A DNA stretch of 64,000 bases, from the NCBI GenBank assembly GCA_965226775.1, contig CBDDEI010000002.1, forward strand, positions 269,638-333,637, written 5' to 3'. The first letter of the stretch is position 1. Every line of letters starts with the position of its first letter. A program made the position numbers and the translations under genes. Positions 18,392 through 25,042 of this stretch are shown piece by piece. The notes beneath the pieces are model-generated. The model was not told where the DNA came from. It saw nothing but the letters and a program-made list of their open reading frames with translations, and did not search any database. The DNA comes from Dehalococcoidia bacterium. GTDB lineage: Bacteria; Chloroflexota; Dehalococcoidia; SHYD01.

Positions 18392-20782
18392 ATGAGCCTG
18401 GCTCCCGCGGCGCCCTCGACCGCTTTGCCCTTGCTGCGTCTGGGCTTGGCCCTCACCGCGGCGGTGGCCTTTGCTCTGGACGCCGAGCCCTTCCACCGTT
18501 ACCTGCGGGCGGTAGCCATCACCCCGGAGCTGCTCCAGACGGAAGCGCCTCCCGGCTACCTGCGGGTCACGGCCTACACCCTCCTCGGCTTCGTCCTACT
18601 GCTCATCGCTGCGCAACGGCGTTTGGGAGCGCGTTCTCTCCACGTCGCCTTAGGCATCGGGTTTCTGCTCGTTCTGGTTCCCAACCTCCTAGCATCATTC
18701 AGCGCGCCTCACTACGGCGTGGACAGCGTCTCCTACACCCGCTACGCCACCGGCCTGCTGCTGGAGGGGAAGCACCCCTACGCCGATTTCGAAGCCGCCG
18801 AGGCGCTCCAACGCTACCCCGTCCGGGACACCGCGGTCACGTACACCAACGACGGCAGGCTGATGAACGTATTCAACTACCCGCCGGGGTCTTTCCTGAT
18901 CCTCGCCCCCCTCTACGTTTTGGGCGACATCGACCCGCGCTGGCTCTACGGCCTCGCGTTCTTCTTTATCGCGGCGATGCTGCTCTGGCGCGCGCCTCCC
19001 TCGCTGCGACCGCTGGCGCTGGGCTTTCTCGGCTTCCACCAGTTCTTCGCATTGTGGGCCGTTCCTGGCGGCGTCGCCGAGCCCCTCTGGATGGCCCTGC
19101 TGCTGGTCGCGTGGCTGCTGCGCGATCGCCCAGTGCTGGGCGGCGCAGTCCTTGGGTTGGCGCTGGCGGTGAAGCAATTCGCCTGGTTCTTTTACCCTTA
19201 CTACCTCATCATCGAGTACCGGGAGCGCGGCTTGCGGGCGGCTATTCAGGCAGGGGCCATTGGAGCAGGCGTCTTCGCGCTAGCCAACCTCCCCTTCCTG
19301 GTCACCGACCCCGCCGCGTGGCTGGAAGGCATAACCGCGCCCTTAACGCAGCCGCTGCCGCCCATTGGCATAGGCATCGCCCGCTGGGCCACCCTGGCCT
19401 TCCCGGACGTACCCAAGATGGCGTACACCTTGCTCCTAGGCGGCGGGATTATCGCAGCGCTGGGCGTCTTCTGGCGTTGGGGCGGGCGGTATCCGGCGCT
19501 CACCTTTGTGCTGCCCTGGCTGCCCCTCTGGTTCTCCTGGCGCTGTCTTTCGGCCTACTTCTACCTGATGCCCATCATGGTGCTCTTTGTCTTTTTTGAG
19601 CAGTGGCGCAAGGAGGATACGGCCGTGGCCGCCCAAAGTACGGCTCCCCTGCTCCTGCCGTTGTCGCTGCTCCTCGCCTCCCTGGTAGCGTTCGCACTGC
19701 ACAGCACCTACCAGGCCTACTTCCTGTGGGAGCTGCTGGTGAACCAGGGGATGCCTCTGTCGCAGCTCCAGGACTTGGCGCTCTTGAGCATGCTCCTGAC
19801 CACCCTAGGGCTGAGCCTTATCGTGACCGCAGCGATGGTGCGGGATCGCTCGCCCAGTGCCCTGCGCTTCTCCCTCTTCGGCAGCGGGCTGCTGCTGGCG
19901 CTGGTAACCCTGGCGGGTATTCAGAGTGCGCAGACCTACCAGGTGGACGCTGGACTCTCACCCCACTACGCTGCGGAGCTCCTACTGCGCGGCGAGAACC
20001 CCTACGAGGCATGGAACATGGAAGCCGCCGCGGCTCGTTTCAAGGTGCCGGAAGCGCTGCTGGTAACCGCTCCCTCTAAGGACGCCTTTGGCTATCCCGC
20101 GGGGTCTTTCCTACTCCCCGCGCCCCTTGTTGCCCTGGGCCTCCCGAACCTGCGCCTTCTCTATGGCTTTGCCCAGATAGCCCTGGTGGTGTTCGCCTTG
20201 GCGCGCGCGCCGCAAGCGCTCAAACCCATCACGCTTGCTGTGGCCACAACCATTGCGGGCCTGAGCTTCCTCTTTGCGGGCGAGGGCTACAACGACATCC
20301 TGCTGGCGTGGCTGCTGCTGGGCGCATGGCTCCTGCGCGACCGCCCGCTGCTGGGCAGCCTGGCGCTGGGATTAGGGCTGGCATTCAAGCAGGCGGCCTG
20401 GCCCTTCCTGCCCTTTTATCTCATTGTGTTGCACCGCCGTCACGGCCTCGCGCCCGCCCTCCGGGGAGCTGCCCTCTCTCTCGGACTCTTCCTGCTGCTG
20501 AACGCGCCCTGGGCGCTTACCGCTCCCGATGCGTGGGCCCGCGGACTGCTGGCTCCCGCCTCGGTGGCTACGCTCCCCATCCCGGCGCTGCTAGCCTTGA
20601 CGGGCTTTGGTCTTGCCATCGCCGTCTTCTACCGCTGGCGCAGCCTCTGGGAGCGCGCTGCGCTGGCCCTGCCCTGGGCGCCGCTATGGTTCACTTGGGC
20701 CAGCCAGTTCAGCCTCTTCCACACGCTGCCCCTAGTCTTCCTGACCGCGGCCGTGTCCGACAACCGCGAGGAGGAAGTATGA
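18392..20782 (+). CDS. membrane protein with tandemly duplicated DUF2029/GT87-like GT-C module
   Basis: 796 aa. The two halves are clearly homologous: LLEGKHPY/LLRGENPY; YPPGSFLILAPL/YPAGSFLLPAPL; AWLLRDRPVLGGAVLGLALAVKQFAWFFYPYYLI/AWLLRDRPLLGSLALGLGLAFKQAAWPFLPFYLI. Confidence 0.6.
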   Translation: MSLAPAAPSTALPLLRLGLALTAAVAFALDAEPFHRYLRAVAITPELLQTEAPPGYLRVTAYTLLGFVLLLIAAQRRLGARSLHVALGIGFLLVLVPNLLASFSAPHYGVDSVSYTRYATGLLLEGKHPYADFEAAEALQRYPVRDTAVTYTNDGRLMNVFNYPPGSFLILAPLYVLGDIDPRWLYGLAFFFIAAMLLWRAPPSLRPLALGFLGFHQFFALWAVPGGVAEPLWMALLLVAWLLRDRPVLGGAVLGLALAVKQFAWFFYPYYLIIEYRERGLRAAIQAGAIGAGVFALANLPFLVTDPAAWLEGITAPLTQPLPPIGIGIARWATLAFPDVPKMAYTLLLGGGIIAALGVFWRWGGRYPALTFVLPWLPLWFSWRCLSAYFYLMPIMVLFVFFEQWRKEDTAVAAQSTAPLLLPLSLLLASLVAFALHSTYQAYFLWELLVNQGMPLSQLQDLALLSMLLTTLGLSLIVTAAMVRDRSPSALRFSLFGSGLLLALVTLAGIQSAQTYQVDAGLSPHYAAELLLRGENPYEAWNMEAAAARFKVPEALLVTAPSKDAFGYPAGSFLLPAPLVALGLPNLRLLYGFAQIALVVFALARAPQALKPITLAVATTIAGLSFLFAGEGYNDILLAWLLLGAWLLRDRPLLGSLALGLGLAFKQAAWPFLPFYLIVLHRRHGLAPALRGAALSLGLFLLLNAPWALTAPDAWARGLLAPASVATLPIPALLALTGFGLAIAVFYRWRSLWERAALALPWAPLWFTWASQFSLFHTLPLVFLTAAVSDNREEEV

Positions 20783-22239
20783 CCAGCGCGGGCTTCGCCT
20801 TCCGTGCGCTTCTTGGTAGCGCCGCCCTCTACCTGTTCGCGGCCTCGGCGTTTGCCGGCGCACTCGGCTACCCACTAGATGACGCCTGGATTCATCAGAC
20901 GCTGGCGCGCAATCTGGTGGAGCGCGGCGAGTGGTCTATCAACCCCGGCACGCCCGCGGCCGTCTCCACCGCGCCGCTGTGGACGCTGCTGCTGACCCCG
21001 GCCTATCTGCTCCCCATCCCTCCGTTAGCCTGGACCTACCTTCTGGGAGGACTAGCCCTAGCCTGGGTTGCCTGGGAGACCTTTAAGCTAGCCACCCTCC
21101 TCTTTCCCGATGATGAGGAGTCGCCCGGCATGGCTGCGCTGCTGGTGCCCTGCGAATGGCACCTCATCTGGGCAGGCTTCTCCGGCATGGAAACGCCTCT
21201 CTTTGCCGCGCTCAGCCTTGCGGTGCTGCGGATGGGCCTGCAGCAAACTGCGCTCAACCTCCGGCACTGGGGCGTGCTGCTCACCCTGCTTGTCCTCACC
21301 CGCCCAGAAGGCTTGCTCCTAGGCGCACTCATTCTCGTGTGGCGGTTCTTCCGTCCGAGCGCGCCGGAAGGGTTGGTCGAAAGGCTGCGGCCGGTAATCC
21401 CCCTAGTCGTCGCGCTCCTGGCGCTGGGTGCCCTGAACCTCGCGTTGAGCGGCCAGCCTCTGCCCAGCACTCTTGTTGCGAAGAACGCCGCCTACGGCTT
21501 CGGCTTCGACCTCGCCGACTACGGGCGGTTCATTGCAGACGCTACGTTGGAGCTGTCCAGCGGCCTGCTCTTGCTGCTCATACCAGGCATCCTGTACACC
21601 ATCTGGCGGCGACTCCCCGGCGGCCATAGCGACGGCTGGTTGCCGCTGCTGTGGGTAGTGGGCCTGATGGGCGCGTACGCCGTCTGGCTACCGGCGGTCT
21701 ACCATCATGGCCGCTATCTTATGCCGTTGATGCCCCTGCTCCTCATCTATGGTGTCCAGGGCAGCCGCGCGCTGCTGCAAGCGCGCCCGTATCCGCTGCT
21801 TGCCGGCGTGGCCCCGTGGATCATGGCCGCTCTGGTTGCGATGTCCTGGCTGCGGGGCGCGGATATCTATCGAGAAAACGTGGCGTTCAGCCAAAAGCAG
21901 CAAGTGACCCTCGCCCGCTGGATTAGCCAGAATACGCCAGAGGACGCCCGCATCGCCGGCCACGACATCGGTGCACTGGGCTACTTTAGCCAGCGACCGA
22001 TCATAGATATGGCGGGGCTAGCAACCCAGGAACTCACCAACAGCCCCAAAGACGTCGAGCGCATCCTGGCTGTGCTTCAGGAGCAGGGTGTCACGTATCT
22101 GCTGGTGCAGCCGAGCTGGTTCCCGTCCCTTTACGCGCGCCTCCAAGCCGAGCCTAACGTTGAGGTGGTTCAGGAGGGACCCAAGACCATTCACGGGCCG
22201 TCTTACAGCTTCCAAGTGCTGCATTTTGGGGAGGATTAG
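20779..22239 (+). CDS. polytopic membrane protein, putative GT-C glycosyltransferase
   Basis: Start reassigned to ATG 20779 (GAGGAAG RBS; ATGA overlap with the upstream stop). The ORF-track start 20308 is antisense-overlapping garbage. ...LGYPLDDAWIHQTLARNLVERGEWS... plus multiple TM helices and a C-terminal soluble domain. Confidence 0.5.
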   Translation: MTSAGFAFRALLGSAALYLFAASAFAGALGYPLDDAWIHQTLARNLVERGEWSINPGTPAAVSTAPLWTLLLTPAYLLPIPPLAWTYLLGGLALAWVAWETFKLATLLFPDDEESPGMAALLVPCEWHLIWAGFSGMETPLFAALSLAVLRMGLQQTALNLRHWGVLLTLLVLTRPEGLLLGALILVWRFFRPSAPEGLVERLRPVIPLVVALLALGALNLALSGQPLPSTLVAKNAAYGFGFDLADYGRFIADATLELSSGLLLLLIPGILYTIWRRLPGGHSDGWLPLLWVVGLMGAYAVWLPAVYHHGRYLMPLMPLLLIYGVQGSRALLQARPYPLLAGVAPWIMAALVAMSWLRGADIYRENVAFSQKQQVTLARWISQNTPEDARIAGHDIGALGYFSQRPIIDMAGLATQELTNSPKDVERILAVLQEQGVTYLLVQPSWFPSLYARLQAEPNVEVVQEGPKTIHGPSYSFQVLHFGED

Positions 22240-22269
22240 TCAAACGCTGCAGTAAGTGCGCCGCGTCTC

Positions 22270-22300
22270 TTGACGCAGGTTGGGGAGGTAGCTCTACAAT
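22270..22300 (+). promoter_or_regulatory. candidate sigma70-like promoter for flp pilin gene
   Basis: TTGACG (22270-22275), a 19-nt spacer, then TACAAT (22295-22300). Located about 115 nt upstream of the pilin start. Confidence 0.3.
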
Positions 22301-22415
22301 AATCCATCGAGTTACGAGTATCAGGACCGGATAGCACATCTATACCCCCTGTATGATAAATGGAATTGTCCTTGTGCTTGGCGCTCGAAATCTATTGGAA
22401 GGGAGTAAGAGGGCT

Positions 22416-22565
22416 ATGCATTCCCTACTACGAAGGGAAGAAGGACAAGGTCTAGTTGAGTACGGGTTGATCATCTTCCTGGTTGCAATCGTAGTGATTG
22501 CCATTCTGGTACTGCTCGGCCCGCAGATTGGCGCCATCTTCAGCGGCATTACCGCCTCTATCTAG
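22416..22565 (+). CDS. flp: Flp/Fap family type IVb pilin
   Basis: MHSLLRREEGQGLVEYGLIIFLVAIVVIAILVLLGPQIGAIFSGITASI. It has the G/XXXXEY prepilin-peptidase motif, a hydrophobic helix, and a strong SD GGAAGGGAG upstream. The ORF-track start 22353 was shortened. Confidence 0.75.
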   Translation: MHSLLRREEGQGLVEYGLIIFLVAIVVIAILVLLGPQIGAIFSGITASI

Positions 22566-22663
22566 CCAATGCGTGGTGATTGCCCGGCTAGTACTCCTTG
22601 GCGCACCAACTGGCTCCAAGTCCATTAACATCACCGCATCCATCTAGCCAATTTGATAGGTAT

Positions 22664-22703
22664 TCAGAGGCGTCAGGTTCTACTCGTTAGTCCTGACGCC
22701 TCT
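22664..22703 (+). terminator. hairpin downstream of flp (13-bp perfect stem)
   Basis: CAGAGGCGTCAGG - 14-nt loop - CCTGACGCCTCTG. No strong U tract. Confidence 0.45.
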
Positions 22704-22825
22704 GCTGTACTCACACACTTCTCTCATCGCCGGCATGAGCTCGCTGTGACCAGACACCCCTTCGCAATAACCGACCCTCCTTCACTGCTCCCCGAACCAC
22801 GGATCAGCTCGACCGCCTGCACTCT

Positions 22826-24451
22826 ATGAGCGTCACACCCGCACCCCAACCGCCTCCTAGCGCCAGCGCAGAGGGTCGCTTGTCCCAAGAGCACGCCAGC
22901 GCGCTGCCCCTCAAGTACATCGTTGGGTTAGCCGTAGCAGCCCTGGCGGTGCTCGTCCTGGCCGCCCTCGCTTTCCATGACCCCGGCTACATGGACGCCT
23001 ACTACGCGTACCACGTGGCTGCCAACTTGGCCGCCGGCCGCGGCTTTACCGAGGACTTCATCTGGATCTACCTGACCAACCCGCCTTCCCTCTCGCATCC
23101 CAGCCATCTCTACTGGATGCCGCTAGCAAGCCTGCTAGCCTACCCCGCGCTCCTGCTCTCGGGCGAGCACTTTCGCGCGGCCCAAGCGCCCTTCCTGATC
23201 CTCAGCGCTGCGGCTGTCGTCACCACGGCGCTGCTCGCCCGGCAGCTGCTGCCCGGAACCTTCCGTCCTCTCGCGGCGGCGCTCCTCACCCTCTTTGCGG
23301 GCTACTACTTTGTCTACTGGCTGGCCGTGGATGCCTTTGGCGCGTTCACGCTGGCCGCACTCCTGGCATTTGTCGCGACGGCCGGCCTCCTGGAGGAAGA
23401 CCGGCCACTATCTCGCACGGTCCTGCTGAGCGCGCTCTTGGGCCTTGCAACCGCCGCCGCCCACCTGGCGCGCGCAGACGGCCCGCTGCTGCTCGCCGCC
23501 TGCAGCCTTGTCCTCATCGCATCTCAGCGACGGCGCGCTCCCCAGACCTGGCTCCTTCCCCTAGGCATCGCGAGCGCCGCCTATCTGCTGGTGATGCTCC
23601 CCTGGTTTCTCCGCAACTTGGGCGTGAGCGGCGCACCCCTGCCCAGCGACGGCCTGCAGACCCTCTTCCTCCGCGAGTACAACGATATCTTTTCCTACGG
23701 GCTTGCCCTAGACCTCCAGCACTACCTGGGAGAGGGCTGGGCAGCTATCCTAAGCGGCAAAGCTGTGGCCGCGCTGCGGAACCTGGGCGTCCTCTTTGGG
23801 CTGCAATACTGGCTGGTACCCTTTGCCGCCATGGGCTGGTGGGCGCTACGCGGTCGTCCTGTTATGCGCGCGCCCTTGCTCTACGGCGCGTTGCTCTACG
23901 GCGTCATGACCCTCCTCTTCACCTACCCAAGCAGCCGCGGGGCCATGCTCCACTCCAGCGTTGCGCTGCTGCCTTGGTTGAGCATCGCCGCGGTGCGGGG
24001 CATTGAGGTTGCGGTCTACTGGGCCGCGGCTCGCCGGCCCCACTGGAAGCCCGCCCTCGCTACCCGCAACTTCACCCTTCTGGCTCTCGTGGCCGCCGTG
24101 GCCGCATCGGGCTACGCCTGGTACGACCAGGCCCGCGGCTGGAGCGAGCAGGCCCAGACCTATCAGTCGCTTGCGCCCGCCCTCAACGCCGACGACCCAT
24201 CTGCCGTGCCTATGGTGCTTAATGCTCCCGCCTGGTGGTATGTATCCCGCCGCTCGGCTATGCTAACCCCCAGCAACGGCCCGGACGCCGCGCTGGCCGC
24301 AGCCGCCCGCTTTGGCGCGACCCATCTCATCCTCGAGCCGGCGCGACCCACCGCTTGGGAAGGCTTCGGCAAGGGCAGCGACCCGCGGTTCAGCCTGGTG
24401 TATGCTAGGGACAACTACGAGATCTATCGACTAAGCCCTGTACAAAAATAA
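22826..24451 (+). CDS. ArnT/PMT-like GT-C membrane glycosyltransferase (paralogue of 14158..15732)
   Basis: 541 aa. ...FHDPGYMDAYYAYHVAANLAAGRGFTEDFIWIYLTNPPSLSHPSHLYWMPL... aligns with the corresponding segment of gene 14158..15732. Confidence 0.65.
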   Translation: MSVTPAPQPPPSASAEGRLSQEHASALPLKYIVGLAVAALAVLVLAALAFHDPGYMDAYYAYHVAANLAAGRGFTEDFIWIYLTNPPSLSHPSHLYWMPLASLLAYPALLLSGEHFRAAQAPFLILSAAAVVTTALLARQLLPGTFRPLAAALLTLFAGYYFVYWLAVDAFGAFTLAALLAFVATAGLLEEDRPLSRTVLLSALLGLATAAAHLARADGPLLLAACSLVLIASQRRRAPQTWLLPLGIASAAYLLVMLPWFLRNLGVSGAPLPSDGLQTLFLREYNDIFSYGLALDLQHYLGEGWAAILSGKAVAALRNLGVLFGLQYWLVPFAAMGWWALRGRPVMRAPLLYGALLYGVMTLLFTYPSSRGAMLHSSVALLPWLSIAAVRGIEVAVYWAAARRPHWKPALATRNFTLLALVAAVAASGYAWYDQARGWSEQAQTYQSLAPALNADDPSAVPMVLNAPAWWYVSRRSAMLTPSNGPDAALAAAARFGATHLILEPARPTAWEGFGKGSDPRFSLVYARDNYEIYRLSPVQK

Positions 24452-24474
24452 ACTGCATATAGCAATCCACAAGT

Positions 24475-25032
24475 ATGACGAGTTCGCAATTTGTAAACCG
24501 CAGTCATGAGAGCATCCTCAATGACGTACTTGCGCGGTTATTCCGTGAAAGGTACGGACTACCTGCTGTAGCTGAAACACTCCGGCAACGCCAGCGGCCT
24601 GACATAGTGGCACGGCGAGTGGACGACGCGGTCATCGTTGAAGTTGAATTTGAGCCTGCAGATACAGTAGACGCAGATGCGCTCTCCCGGCTTGGAATGG
24701 AGATAGACGGGAAACCCGTACAGGTTGCATTCGCAGTTGCCATTCCTAATGCGCTGAGGACTACTGAACAGCAGCATTTACTAGAGCGTCTTGCTACAGC
24801 CTCTTTCAGATGGCAAGAGTGGCGTTCTGATGGCACTTCCGGACCAAAGGTGAGTGGAAATTCCGCTGATTTGGCTCAAGCGGTACGGGAAGCTGTAGCA
24901 CCTGGTGGAAATCTAGAGCAAGCTGTTGCCCTCCTGGATGAAGGCACGCGCTTCGCGGGGGGCGCGCCTCTATTCCTCACCTGGCACGCTAACCAGAATC
25001 GCCCGAATCTTTGGAACTGCTCCCAGCCTTGA
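24475..25032 (+). CDS. hypothetical protein; possible PD-(D/E)xK-like nuclease module of a split type IIG enzyme
   Basis: 185 aa at the start of a low-GC island. ...RPDIVARRVDDAVIVEVEFEP... is a PD...EVE arrangement. It stops 10 nt before the ATG of the methyltransferase gene. The downstream reading frame is open through this region. Confidence 0.4.
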   Translation: MTSSQFVNRSHESILNDVLARLFRERYGLPAVAETLRQRQRPDIVARRVDDAVIVEVEFEPADTVDADALSRLGMEIDGKPVQVAFAVAIPNALRTTEQQHLLERLATASFRWQEWRSDGTSGPKVSGNSADLAQAVREAVAPGGNLEQAVALLDEGTRFAGGAPLFLTWHANQNRPNLWNCSQP

Positions 25033-25042
25033 AGTGGGCAAT

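Noticed and set aside
20308-20778. N-terminal 157 aa of ORF 20308..22239
   Set aside because: It overlaps the end of gene 18392..20782 in another frame with a nonsense composition. The real start is ATG 20779, which has an RBS and an ATGA overlap.
1258-21963. Dozens of 60-250-aa ORFs inside the large genes, on the opposite strand or in other frames (e.g. 1258..1722, 9165..9635, 10640..11188, 13549..14154, 14389..15141, 16282..17067, 19054..19599)
   Set aside because: They overlap strong homology-supported genes and are rich in Arg/Pro/Gly/Ala. This is the expected no-stop background of a ~68% GC genome.
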